This document shows, in pieces, positions 36,601-51,600 of a stretch of DNA of 64,000 nt (the first letter of the stretch is position 1; each line of letters opens with the position of its first letter). Origin of the DNA: Antedon mediterranea (Eukaryota > Animalia > Echinodermata); the NCBI RefSeq assembly GCF_964355755.1, contig NC_092674.1, positions 6,758,001-6,822,000 on the forward strand, written 5' to 3'. The notes beneath the pieces are model-generated. The model had not been told where the DNA came from. It did no database searches and saw only the letters and a list, made by a program, of their open reading frames with translations. The position numbers and the translations under genes are program-made.

Positions 36601-39600
36601 TATATGTAACATTCTTCAAATCAGAATTGGGTGATTTTGATTTATTTATTTGTTCTTTATATTGGGTAACTTCTTCAGTAAAAAACTGTTCTCCCAGAGG
36701 GCCCATTTGTGATGACCTGTCAGCGGTAAATCTTTTCATACATAAGTTGGGGACCCCTCATGAAACGTCACAAAATAAACATGAATATTCATTAGTCATA
36801 AGGTGTGACGTAAGAATTGAGTTAACTACAACCCTCTAATGCAAACACTTTCTGATGAGCAGTCTGTGTAGTCGAATGGATTAGACTATGGACTGTGCAT
36901 GTTTGAATCCAATGAGTAACTTGTTTTTACTTTATAGTGAGAGATTATTTAGAGGGTTAGGTTTAGTTCTATTCTATTCAGGTTTTTATATGGCGCCCTA
37001 CAAAGAACAGAGCGCCTAACAATACTTAGTAATTAATTTAAAAGAAAAGTTTTAAGTTGACGTTTAAATAGAGGTGCTGAATTCGCTCCTCTCAAATCGG
37101 CAGGTAGCGCGTTCCAGATCCGCGGAGCGGCGACAGAAAAAGCATTGTCACCAGCTTTCTGATTAGATTGTGGAACGAAAAGTCGGGTGGAATCATTAAG
37201 TTATATTTAGGAAGTAGGTTGACTAGATTTCACATAAGGAGTCCCCAACTTCAGTATGTAAATAAAAATTGCGACCTGGCAATAAATATGCTAAATAAAT
37301 ATTCTAAAATTTGTTGATACTTCTCTTCACTTTTAGAGTGAAGGAGGTGATGGGCATGGACATCGTTGGAATACTCTGGAACTCATCAAAGGGATGTACT
37401 GCCCAGATGACTGCACCAATGATATCGCTGAAATTAAGTTTGAGAAACCTGTCCCAATAAAGGTATGCAATAACATTTACTTTCTTGATTACTCTGTACA
37501 TATACTGTATTGGCGTTTATTGCTCAGAAGGGTTTTTAGTGGGAGTGTTCAAAGAAAATAATAATGCCCTTTTTTGCTTATTTGATGGGAGAATTTTTCA
37601 AAATGATATTCAGCATAGAGGTGGGACGTGGCCACAGAGGCATTTTTTTAAATCAGGCCATTTAATCAAATAAATACGATATCTACTTCTGTTTTTCCAA
37701 TTCTCATGCACCCTCTTCTATTTGAATTCTTCTATAAATCATATTTTTTACATGTTGTTTTTAAATGAATTATACTGATCTATTACTTAGTATAGTAACA
37801 TTAAAAATATAATTGCAGTTTTTACGATTATTAAATAAACATTGCTAGTTGTGATGATTTAAAATAAGTCGGTTTTCGTACTCTTCATGATTTTTAGGAA
37901 GGAGTGAAATATGCTGTACGATTACGTAACCATGGTAGCCGTACCGTCAATGGAGACAACGGAATGTCGTCAGTAAAATGTTCCGATGGTGTAACTTTCA
38001 CGTTTACGTCTTGCGTACTCAGCAGTAATGGGACAAATCATACAAGAGGTCAAATCCCACAGATATTATATTACAAGTAGGTCAACTTCAACAGAAAAAT
38101 TGTCTTGTGTTATTTAACTTTTTAATGTTATCTGGTTAATTGTAACTGTAGGGTTCTCCGAGACTTTTCAGTTTATTTTCCATTATGATAATATTATATA
38201 TTACAACAAAAAGCAAAAATATGAATGGATGACCAAAAATAGCAAAGTTAAAAGAAGAAAATACAAACATAATTTGAGCAGCACAAGACGAGATAACTTT
38301 TTTACAAATTTTAAACTACCAAACGGATTCAAGGATTGAATTTTAGTTAAGCCTTGTCTTCACTATCAAACTTTATGTGACAAATAAATGTGATGTGCCT
38401 ATGTATGGACATGATGATGTCATATCACTACCATATTTAAGCATAGCACTACCATATTTAAGCATAGCACTACCATATATGGGCACATTATTTTGACAGA
38501 AAGTTTGATAGTGTAGACAGCTTAAATGATATTCTGAATTTGTAATTGTTTGTTTGTTGAGTTTGTGGATGTTTTCGTTCGTAGTACGGCATTAGAATGC
38601 GAGAAGTCGGGACCAGAAACTAAGAGTGCAGACATGGAATATCAAGCCAGGAAGAATGCCCTCTATGTAACAAGTGCAATAGTTCACACAGCATGTGACC
38701 TTCTCAAAGGAGCTGAAGAAAATCTTAAAGGTATAATGTGTTTTTGATAGTTAAGTAGTCAAGTAATATTTGTCAAACATCTATACTTTTTTTTATTGTT
38801 TACAGGGAGCAATATCAAGAAAATTTCAAACTAGAATTATAGACATGCGAAAATCAAGTATATTCCATGATTTCTTTGTTTAATTAAAAACTTTGATGAC
38901 AATGACAATATAATTTATTTCTTTGCTGACCCTTTTCAGGGGTATGAAAGAACTAAACACGTCAACTTCCAGACATACATATTTGGTGTATCTTATACAT
39001 AGTTTATATATCAACAACACCTAATAAACAAGTACAACATTTCGTGAATAACTTTAGCTAAGTTTGAGAGAGTTTTTTTAATCTTGTATTTAGTAATTGG
39101 TGCATTTCGGTTCTATTTGGGCGGGTTATATAAGTAACAAGTAAGGGGAAAACAAATAAATAGTGATATTCGTTTCCAGTATCGTTGTGGTTACATAAGG
39201 CACATTTGTTAATTTACTGTTTATATTTTCAGGTTCAGAGATTGCCAACACACTAGGTGTATCTGAACTATTCACACACCTTCTACCACTCGTCCTGGCC
39301 CATACAGCTCCAGTGGGATCATCAGATCCTAGGGTAAACCTATTTAATTGTTTTTTCAACTACATTACAATACATTTAAACATGCCTTCAGTGCTTTCTA
39401 AACTAAATATTGTTTTTTACCAGTGTAGCAATTTATGAATGTATTTGAAAATCCTGAATAATTCATTGTCTTCTTTTTTTTTCATAGATAAAGTAGCCAA
39501 TTCTCTGTGCTTTATCTATAATTTCTACAGCATCATAGGCAAATTGTTTGATACAGTGTCACATATAGAGCATATATGATACCTGTATCATAGACCAAAA

Positions 39601-42600
39601 CCTTACCATAATACAGACGCCAAATTTTATACCTGTGACATTGTATTATAGAATTTACCTATGACAAAGAATATTAATAAGATAAAGTATCGCTTTTCTG
39701 TTTTTATATAATTTAATATTTAGCTTTCTTTTCTAATGTGTTTCAGAGTGCTGTACAGGTCTTAGGGTTAGTCAAAGAATTGTTACCTTTAGTCACTGCT
39801 GTCAATCTACAAACAGACCCACCCCTTAACTACTCATCAACCAATGGGCAATCAGGAGATTTAATGACTGACAGCAATTCAGTCACAACCTCCTCCCACT
39901 ATGCCGTAGTGGAAAGTGATCATCCATATAAAATAGCAACGGTTTCACATTATAAGGTTAGTTATTCAGAACTTATTTCATTTTAGAGATATTTCAGTAA
40001 TTTTATTGATCCAAAGAGAAATATTTTTAAAAATAGAATAAAATACATACTCAGTTTAGAACATGCTGTTAAAAAACAATATTTTTGCCTTGATTTTAAC
40101 CTGTGACCTCTGACATAAAGTTCACATATCTATACAGAATATAGTTACTTTCATAAACCTTATATTTATTATATAGCAATAAATTATTAATAGAAATTTC
40201 TATCACAATTTAGGTAAAATATCCAGAAAATGTGAAGTGGTTAGTTCTTGAATTTGATCAACAATGTGGAACAGCACAACCTGAAGATAGCCTCCAGCTT
40301 TACATTCCTGCCAGAGGACAGCAAAAACCTGTTGTTCAAGAAGGGGAAGACATTCAACAAATCAATACACACTGGTCTGTGCTTAATCGATTCTATGGCG
40401 ATTCAAATTGGCCAAGCAACTCAGTTATTCTTCCAGGTTAGTGTAATTTTTTGAATAGTGTTATTTTACATTTATTTCAATAAAACAAGAGTAATTAAAT
40501 GGAATGGAAAATATTGTTGTTTCTATAGTGGTCCTGGAGTTGGATAGCCGAGTGCTTAGGACACTTGACTGTCATACAGATACCCAGGTTCAATTCCCGA
40601 CAACTCCCAGTCCACTCAGCTGTAAATGAGTATCTACGTTGAAAATACTAGAGACAAAAAAGGCGGCGTGGAAAGGAACTGGCCACCCTACCACATAATG
40701 CCGAGGCTTAGTACAATGAGCTCCTAACAGCTCATTCCCCTACGTTCATTCTGAACACGGGATTCACCTTCATAGTGTTCCTATATCAGTGGCAAGGACC
40801 CTGGTTTAACACTCCTAAGGGGCCCTCCAACGCTGGGTGGTTACATTGGGCTGCTCATGCTCTAGGGCCCCTTAAGCTCTGTGGCCCATCGGTTTAGCCA
40901 ATGGGTGTTCATAGCCGCTATGCCACTTTACCTATATCTTTAAAACAAAATTTCCAACTGTATGCTTAGAAATTGTTACAAACGGATACAAGCTTGATTC
41001 ATGACAAAAGTATGTTATTTTATATTTTTATTTTTATTTCGTTTTCTTTCAGTAGGGTAGCCCTCTCAGTAATAAAATAAAACTGCTCTTCCGAGGGGCC
41101 CTACGGCACATTTAAACAAAATTTGAAAACAACTTAAACTAAACTTAAACTAAAACTAAACTTCAATGCATGTTCTCATTATCATTATAACTTTTATACC
41201 ATATTTAAATATATTTCACTGCAACCATCCTAGACCACCGGCAACAATAAATGAATCTTAACAAGTGATTTCTTGTCCAGGGAATGAAGTAATATTTTCA
41301 TTGGAAACGGCTTCTGATTATGTTAAAGATGAAAAAGCTAACCGTTATGGCTTCAAATGTGCAGTAGTTGGTTATGAGTGGTTGGCATTACCAAGACAGG
41401 TGAGTAGGAAAAGAGAACTTTACTATAATCAGAGTGTAAATCAGTCTGATGCCTGTTCTATTAAGCCTATCAAACTTTATGTGACATATGGCACATCACA
41501 CTTTTTTTGTCAAACTAGTTTGATAGTGTAGACAGAGCTTTAGATAACATAACGTGTGTGGATCCGATTGTATTAAAGACGAAGAGGAAACAGACATTCG
41601 CAGTTTAACTGGTCTATAGGTCGAGGGCATGGCAATAACTATATTTAACCAATCGAGTGCTGTAAATTGAAAGGTGCCGGTATATAATGGCCAATCCGAT
41701 GACAAGCTATGTCATGTTAATTAATTATGTGCATGCAGGAAAGGAGAATACGACTATGATCAGAGTGTAAATCATATCTGATGCCTCTATGTCAGAAACC
41801 TGACTTTGAGTGTCTTCAATGTTTTCATATTTAAAAAGTTGATTTTTTAAATGTTTTCTTTTCTTCTTGTATTAATATGAATATGAAATTTAAAAAAATA
41901 AATAAAAAACAATTTAAACAAGAAATATTTCTTACAAAAAACGCCGCGTAACTTTTTGACTGGACAGTTGTAAGAACAGTCTTCATTAATCTAATATAAT
42001 AGGTCGGCCAATCAAAACGCAAGTGAACAATTGGAACTTTACTTGTGATTTATGTCATTGGCCTGTCAGCACAGTCGTTTCTTTCTAGAATTAAACGCAC
42101 AAACTTGTATTGGGAATAATGTATGTTTATGTGGTTATTACTATCGCATTTAGGTATTGATAATAATAATAATATGGCTTTTGAATATATAATTACTATC
42201 TGTAGAATAACATTTATACATTTTCGGTTCGCGATGAAAAGTTATATGAATGGATTTGTAATAGGTATTTATAATAATAGTATATGGGTTGTATTATTGC
42301 TAAGCTATCACCAAATCGCGTTATAACATTATTTCTCAGGGTTTTTTGCACCATTGATCAATACCAAACGCGTATCGGTATTATAGTTTTTAATGAATCA
42401 TTACATTAATAAAAATACCCAATTAAATCAATCGCGTCAGTCCAATTCCGACTTATGTTTCGATCACATAGTTCTGTGTCTACACTGTCCCAACTAGTTT
42501 AACAAAAAAAGTGTGATGTGCCCAAATATGGTAGTGATATGCCCGAATATTGTAGTGATATGACATCGTCATGTCTATATAATATGGGCACATCATAATT

Positions 42601-45600
42601 AGTTTGATAGTATAGACAGAGCTTAAGGATTATATTTAAAAAATGTTTTCTTACATTTTGAAAAAAAGTATTTATTTGTTTATAAGCCCAATTTTCCAGT
42701 CTTAATTTTACATTTTGAAAAAAAAAGTATTTTATTTGTTGATAAGCCCAATTGTGCAGTCTTATTTTACATTTTGAACGAAAGTATTTATTTGTTGATA
42801 AGCCCAATTTTGCAGTCTTATTTTACATTTTAAACGGAAGTATTTATTTGTTGATAAGCCGAATTTTCCAGTTTAATAATAATGACCCCTTCCACAGTGC
42901 TTATACCATATACATTTTACATGATATTGACCGTGGGTTCTTTACGCCTCTGATGCATTCCTTTTTAATAAATAATATGTTTAGGCCTAATCACACCCAA
43001 TTTAATGAAACGGTCAGATTCCGATTTCAATTGAACGAAAGTAGTACTGTATTTATTATTCATTGATAAGCCAAGGGTCCCATGGCGTTAGCCGATATCT
43101 TGAGCATTTGACTCGTCAACCTGTAACACAAATCATTCTTCAAAATCTAAAGAAAGAACCTCACACGTCTTTTTTGTGAGTGATACACTATGGATATGCC
43201 CACGGAAATAATATGTGGACATTGCAAACAATCATAGGCCTACAGTAACAAACATAACATGGCTAATAAGCATAACATTCAGACTTGTTTGTTTTCTAGT
43301 GGATTTTTATTTACTTTAGCATGTAGAATAAAACTAGTAACAGTGGCTATATTAATAATTATACTGATTATCCTTGATGTAATCGCGTCTAATAATAAAA
43401 TATTTTGTTGTTGATAAGCCCAATTTTTCAGCCTTGATTTTACATTTTGAACGAAAGTATTTATTTGTTGATAAGCCCAATTTTGCAGTCTTAATAATGA
43501 CTTCCACAGTGCATTTTACATGATATTGACCGAAGGTCTTTACGCCTCTATAGCCACTGATCAATACCATAATTAATGTAATTTTTTTAATGAATATTGA
43601 AATGTTTCAACATACCCAATTCCAAAAAACGGTCCGTTTTCGAGTTCAATCTTTTGATTAGAGAGGTTGGAGTTTCATTTTGAACGAAAGTATTTATTTG
43701 ATTGATAAGCCAAATTTCTAGTCCTAATGATTTGAGATCAACGGGTTTTGCTTTCAATTGTATAATAATATAATTATAATTATATATATATATATATATA
43801 AATATAATATTAAGTATAATTATGAATTCACCAACACTTTCAGGCCCGGGGCCGAGTTTGTGTAGACCAGCCACATGTTAAGGAATATGAATCTCTTTAT
43901 GATTTTAATATGGTTCGAAATGATATTACACAGCAACGATTAGACAGCAACTGTGCAAGAGTCCAACTAATAAAATCGGAATGATCAATTAATTGAACAT
44001 TTACAGCATAAGGCCCATACACTAGGACGATAACGATCGACGATAAATAGACAAATGTGCATTTTTAATACATAAACCAAAATAAATATAAACAATTCCT
44101 TTGATGAAAATTATATTTTCACACGTCCAATCAAATGACGTCATGATTAGTAAGACCAATAATATCGTGACAATACAGCGATTTTATTGTTTTTATTTAT
44201 CATGACGTCATTTGATTGGAATTTGAAAAACATTATTTTTATCAAAGACAGCATAAATGATTATCCTATAGGCCTAGGTCTAGAACGAAAACCTTTCTAA
44301 TTTCTTTTGGTTTGTGTAAAAAAAATGCATGATATGTATCGTCCGTCGTTATCGTCATAGTGTAATTGGGCCTTTATACAAAAAAAATAAATTGATTACG
44401 AAGTTACATGTCATTTTCACCTATCACCAAAAAACTAACCTTTTCAACACTAATTAATTGTTACGAAGCCAATTTATATTATATATTTCATTAAAACTGA
44501 ACTTTACGGTAAATGAAAAGTAAGTATCAGTTAATATGAATAATATTATAACTAGTAGGTATATGAACTTGCGTCCAGACATAGAACTGTGACATTACTA
44601 TCATAAATGTTGAAACCACTTATAAAACCTTTTTTTAAAGAAAATATAATTGTGTTAGGAGAAGGTTAATAAACAAATAGATAATGTACAAACCTTTTTC
44701 TGGATTAATTAATGGAGCAGGCGTTCCTAATAATCTGCTGCTGCTACCTAGACTGATTGTTCACCTTCTGACGATAATTGATTGGACCCCCCACGGCATC
44801 TGATAACCAAAAAAAAATTTACCAAGACTGTTTCAATGATTTAATATATCTGACGGCGTATTATTATAACATTGGCCTAGATTGACAGTCAAAAGAAAGT
44901 CATTGTAAATACCTCCCTTTTTGTTGACAGAGCCAAAATAAAGTTTTGACCATTATCGAATGATTATTTGACAGTGACTTATTATAATACCGGCCTGGTT
45001 GACAGCAAAAACGAAGTTATTATTTATTGAACAAGATTTTACAGATTTCCGTCTACATCTCAATAATACTGTATTATCAGCAAAGGCTTTCATATAGACT
45101 CTCTTCTCCCAGACGTTTTTTGGGTCCAGCAGCTACCTATAAATTATAGTCGAGTTTCCAAATTCACAAAACTGTCAGCCTAAAGCTACCGCTATGAAAC
45201 AGCTTATTAATGAATGTGTCCTCCTGGGACATAGCTGGCTAGAGCCGTGGCGCGAAAAAATGATTTAATATACCACAGCACCAATTTGGTATTTTCTATT
45301 CAGAATACAGCTATTAGATAACATAAAAGCCAATAAAAGCTTTCGATTTGTAATAATCAATGACCAAACGATGTCATGTTAATTCGTTATATGCATACGG
45401 AGACATGTGTTTCCTTGCTCCCCACCTTGACACAGTAATTTATGGTTTCTAGGTCAAGGCAACAATCGACAGCACATAGATTGACCTGACTTAATTAGGT
45501 CGTTGGTCGTCGCAAATTTTAACGCTTGCTAACAATTAGAAAAAGAACTGCGCAGAGTGAGCTAAGTAAATAATTAAATAATATACTAACAATATAAAAA

Positions 45601-48600
45601 TGGCATTCATTCTGTTTAGGGTTTACTGCATCTGGAGAAAGAACTCTCTCATGTAGGAGGAATGTGCGCATCGTCGCTGATGAAGAAGGAATTATGTTTA
45701 CCACCGGAAGAAGAGGAGACAGAAGAGGAACCGGAGCCAATCACAGAAGCTGCTCAACAGATTTTCAATTTTCATTCGGTTCTTCTGAGCAAAGGTTTTG
45801 CCTTAGCACGCCCTCCAACTATACATCAAGCACTAAGCGGAAACCTACCCATCAACACTGAATATAATGAACGTTCGTTTTTACATGATTATGTTCACTG
45901 TATAGCGAATACAAGTGGTGGAAGACTAGCAAGGTAAGACTCTTTACCAAATATTCTCACGCCACCTTATAGCCAACTCAGAATGCTGTCTAAGTTGAAT
46001 CCCACGAGAAGAGTCGTCTTGTCATAGTTTTGGACATAGGTTTTAGGTCGTCGGGAGAACATTAAACATGCTTAATTTTCTTCGTATGACGCAGTCTGAG
46101 TTGGCCTTTACACTTTTATAATATACATATATACTCCTGGTTGTTGTATTAGTGACCAATCAAATATTATTATTACCCACCCTTTATAGTCCCAATTAAT
46201 AAAATCAATTTTCTTTTGATTAAAAAGATTTTTGTCCAGAGCATTGACATCATGTATCTGATATGTGATGGAACCTTATCTTGATAGTTTGCCTGCTTTT
46301 AAATCTTGTTGTCTTGGGTAAAATCCTTGTTTATTTCATTCAGTATTATTCTTGTGCCATTAACATAGTCACTGCTAGCTTCAGCTTTGTTTCTGTTTCT
46401 GTAAGGATCTTAGTCAACTCACTCTTAGAGTTTTGAAATAAAAAAAAAATATCTAAATAGTTTAAAAGTTCTCAATGTTTCTGTCGTAGATGGCTTCAAC
46501 CAGAATCATATGTAGAGCCGAAACAATGTGACATCATCTACCAAAGAGACGAGATCAAATGTCGGAAGGCGACGGTGATCACACTAAAGACACATGATCA
46601 ATATGGCATTCTGGTTCATGTACCACAACTCAAGGTAAGCAGTTCATCATTCGTTAGCAGAACTGGTTCTTTTTAGTTCCAGGTTTATGAATGCGTTGTA
46701 ATAACCTGCAACTTGCAGCCTAACTGGTCTGAATTGCGCACAGATGTGGACGGCACATATGATACGAAGTGGCTCTTCATGTCCCTTCCCAACACGAGCC
46801 AGATGTGTACACTGGACCTCCAGTTTTAATTCCTTATCCGAAAAGACCTGTTCTACCATCAGAACAATGGTAGAGGAGTGACTTGTACCTGTGCTGATTG
46901 TACAGTTATGGTTTTCGGCGCCACTGTCTTAACCACTGGGCCATTCGACTCGACTAAATGTTGACATGACAATTTTATTGGTGCTTTTCTTGTGGTTAGG
47001 TTGAAGCGGAGGCTGTGCCACTTGGCAAGCAAGAGCATCATCTGGATTCAGGATCACAGTCCATGAAAAGCAACAGGAAAGGCGAGAAAGACATGACCTT
47101 TGGAGGTCATCCTATGCCGCAGGTTGACACATCGTTTGAACCAGTGATCCGTAAAGACAGCATGGCCTATAATTCTATTACCATGATGAAAGAGTATGAG
47201 AATTATTCTTTTGAAGAGTTGCGGTTCGCACATCTGCCTGCCAAGAGGTACTTCACAAGATTTTAAGTTTGATAGCATGTTAATAATAAGTTTTTATGAA
47301 GTTAGATACTACAGTAACACACCTCCTCAAGGGACACTATCCCTGTAAAGAATGAAGGGAACTATATGTTTTAACCACAGCCAACCCCTATCCAAGGGAC
47401 ACCCTATTAAGGAGACACTTTGTTGGGTCCTGAAAGTGACTTGTTAAGAGGAGTCTACTGTACTTTTTTTTGTATTAACTGATTGAACCACAAGATCTTA
47501 AACAAGATTTATTTATATACCAAGATTAATTGTCTAATCATTAAGATAACGACTAAATTATAATAATTGTTTTGATTTTTTGTTAAGGCCAAGTGAGAGT
47601 ATGCTGGTTAGAGCTAACAATGATGGTAGCTATAGTGCTCATTGGACCCCAGGACTCTCTGGTCTCTATGCAATACACTTCACTATTGATGGCTACTCAA
47701 TGGGTAAGCATTTAACTTTTTTTTATCATCATAATTACATAGATTATTATTTTTATTTATACTTGATTTTGCAGTAGACTTTAATTATAATTTATTTATA
47801 ATGACATAATTATTTTTTTTAGATGAAGTTCCAAAGGTTGATGTTGGTGAGCCTCCCCAGGGTGTAGTTCCTCCCCCTTCAGTAAAGAAAGTGCAATCCT
47901 TACCAAATAAGGTAAGTCGTAAGACTGAAGCTCAATATATACCAAAAAACCCTAATTTACTATTAATTAAGTAATAAATGGTGTTTTAATAAATATTTGT
48001 ATGCGTTTTTTTAGACTCGTCAGTTTGTTGCCAAGTTCAGTAGCGGACTGCGTATACGCAGAAGTCCTTCGCTGCAAAGCGAACAAATTGGAAAAATAGA
48101 TGTTAATGGAATAATCACATATGTTGACGAGGTAAGGTGCTTTAAACATTCATTCATCAGTGAAAAATTACTTCCATTTATTGTCATTTACATATAAAAT
48201 ATATATAGAATTTATGTTTGCTCTGGTCAGCCATGCAAAAACAGATAAATAAAAAAACTAACAAAAACAATTACAAAGTGTCACATTACTCTCGTATAGT
48301 ATACTGTGAAACATTCAGCACCCAAATAGCAGCTGGATAAAAGCTGTTATGAAACCTATTTTGTAAGAGAGATGATGGACCGGTAACGTCTACCGCTACG
48401 TAACACCTCAAGTACATTATCCATGATAAAGACTTTTTAATTGTAAAAATATAAATACTGTATGATATTATTACATATATTACTCATTTTTATAAAAATT
48501 TTTTGCAACAACTTTTTTTTCCTGTAAATTGTTTTTTATATATGTTTCAGATTCAAAATGAAGATGGTGTATGGGTTCGTTTAAATAAGGACAGCATTCA

Positions 48601-51600
48601 TCGATTTTGTGGTACCAATGGATTCCGTGAGGCGTGGTGTATGCAGTTTAATCAACATGTTGGAAAAACATTCCTTATTCCTGTAGATGTAAGTTCATAG
48701 TATTCTAAAGTATTTCCCTATTGGATTTTAAAGTAGAACCACTATTCAGACTGCACCCCAATTAAAGGGAAACTTTCTAATGAAACGACCAAAGGGAAAT
48801 ATGTATTTTAGAACTAACTAAATAAATTAAATATAAATAATAAATATTTTGTTCTTTCCAATTTGTAGCCGTCTAAAAACTTAAAGAACGATGAAAACAA
48901 AGAAAACCAAGATGAATCCAAGAAATCTTTAGAAAGGAAGGTGGATAAAAGCAAACTGTTATCAAGTCTTGTTGCCAATGCCATTGGTAAATATTTATTT
49001 ATTTATTTAATTTAGGATTTATATAGCGCTTTTCCAAGTGACCAAAGCGCTGTACAATAGAAAATACTATATACTCAACAAAACTTACAAAAAACAAAAA
49101 ATAGAAAATGGAATGAAAATACAAAAATATATATATATATAAAAACTATGAGGACCTATACAAAAAGTTACCGTAATTTCATTAACATTATTTAGGAAAG
49201 AGAGATTTTTAACATTTTCTTGAAATATTGCACATTTGGGGCTTCACGAATATAAGATGGTAAGTTATTCCACAATCTAGGACCGATGACAGAAAAACAT
49301 TTATCGCCAAACGACCTCTTGGTCTTGGGGATGGCAAGACGGGTATGGTCTTGGGTAGATCGAAGTCCATGCCGACCAGAATATACTTACTTCTATAATT
49401 GATTATTTACTGTAATGTGTTTCATTTCATATATTATTTATTTTAATCAAAAGAAAAAAAAATTATATTTATAATTATTTATATTGATCGGTGGATCATG
49501 TCTTGAACATTCAAAACAAGAAAAAAGGAAAGCAAACATTTCTGGTGTCAATATTGTTTGTCGCAGATATCAATGAAGGAATAGTGCCACCAGTATAATA
49601 AAAAATATTCACAACATGAACAGCGAAACAGCAACAATTATTCACAAATGCCTTCCCATCATGCATTGTGTAACAACATGCTCTTGTGATATTAAGCTAT
49701 CTGCTATAATCTTTATTGCTATATTTGATGATTCTAAATATTAAATACATACATATGAGATCTTCCGCTTCTATGTTGTAGAGCTGGAGTTCTTTTTTTT
49801 ATTATGTAATGGCTTTCTTCTTAACTAATCTAATAGTGTAATATACAGTACATAATAGTTTGTATACATTTTGTTTTAACTATGTTACACTTTATATAGC
49901 CGAACCAGGTTTGTACCATGTGATTCACTGTGGTGCCTCAGGACATAATATACGCTGTGGTCCCAGTCTGAAGGATATACCAATTGGTATGATGGTACAG
50001 GGCAACCACTTAAACGTTATACAGGTAAGGTATATTTAACTTTATGGTGTTTTCTCATGGTGCCTTGGAGAATAATGTGTGGTGGTATTGGTATTAATTT
50101 CATGAACCGTGGTCAACATTAGTTAAGCTCTGTCACACTATCAAACTAGTTTGACAAAAAAAGATGTGCCCAAATATGGTATTGATATGACATGTCCATA
50201 TATGGGCACATCACATTTTTTTGTCATATAAAATTTGATAGTGTAGACAGAGCCTTACAATGCGATCACCTCTATTTACCATTATAATTCATCTTTTTTT
50301 TCCATCTTACAAGAAAATATGTGTTGCTATTTTTTCTGTTGTTTAGCTCTAATCAGGCTTTTCACACCATTTAATAATATTAATAACTTAGCTTTATCAG
50401 CTTCACTTTGCAAAACATCAGTATGCCAACCAGTAAGACATCAGAGGTCGACATTTAGTAACTCCCTCATTCATTACGTTTAATATGCAAGTTTGTATTT
50501 TACATTTAGGATTCTCAGATATCCTTGGTATTCATTGCATATTTTCTGAAAAAAAAAAAAAAATCTTTTTTTCTGTTTGTAAAGGTAAAAAGGCAAGATG
50601 GATGTCTGTGGGTTAAGCTTGATTTAGACAGTATGTCTCGATACTGTGACAGTATTGAGGGTGAGGCTTGGGCACTCGCCAAGACCAAGGGAAACATGTA
50701 TCTTGTCCACGATAAAAGCTTGCATTCCGAGCTTAAAAGGGAGAATAGTGAGCTTGCTAGCACTCAGAACTTATTCAAGATCAATGGTTCTACTATGCCT
50801 ACCAGTAAGACATCAGGGTTCGACTTTAGGAGCGCCCTCACACATCCTGCGTTCAAGTTTAATATGCAAGGTTTGTATTTTACATAGGATTCTGATCATC
50901 TGATCTGATCATGACATATGTATCTTAAAATATTCTAATATTGTGATAAACTTAAAAATCTATTGTTTTACTGTATTATGTTTTACCATAATGTTGGCTG
51001 GTAATGTTACCGGAGGGAATAAAGGACGCCTTGAAACTTTCATCCGTCGGGCTGGTAAAATGATTGGTCTGGAACTGCCTTCCTTTACCGATGTACACCT
51101 AGAACACCTCCAGAAAGATTTTGAACGCATTGAGTCGGATGCCTCTCATCCTCTCCACAAAGTGATCATCGACCAACTTAATCCAAGTGGTAGATTGAGG
51201 CTCCTCAGTGTGAAAACAAATCGATTTGCTAAATCCTTTATTCCCTCCGGTATCATCCAGTACAACAGGAAGTCAAGAAGATAATTTTATATTGCAATTT
51301 TTTAGATGTTTTTATATGAATGGTTTTATGCTATATTTGGTTTTATAGTGTTTCTTTGTTATTATGACGAGCAATGAATTTCCTTTTTGAGGATCAATAA
51401 AAGTTATCTTATCTTATCTTATCTTATAAATGCTATACCATCAATGCTTGTTACAGTGAAAATAATTGTATATATTAAATTCAATTGATAGATAAATGAA
51501 AAAGGGATGAATCCATAAACGATATAAATAAACTTTAAAACCTAATGTTCCAATTTCATTTGCTTTTAGAAGTTCAAGAGATCCCTAAATTGGAGCCATT

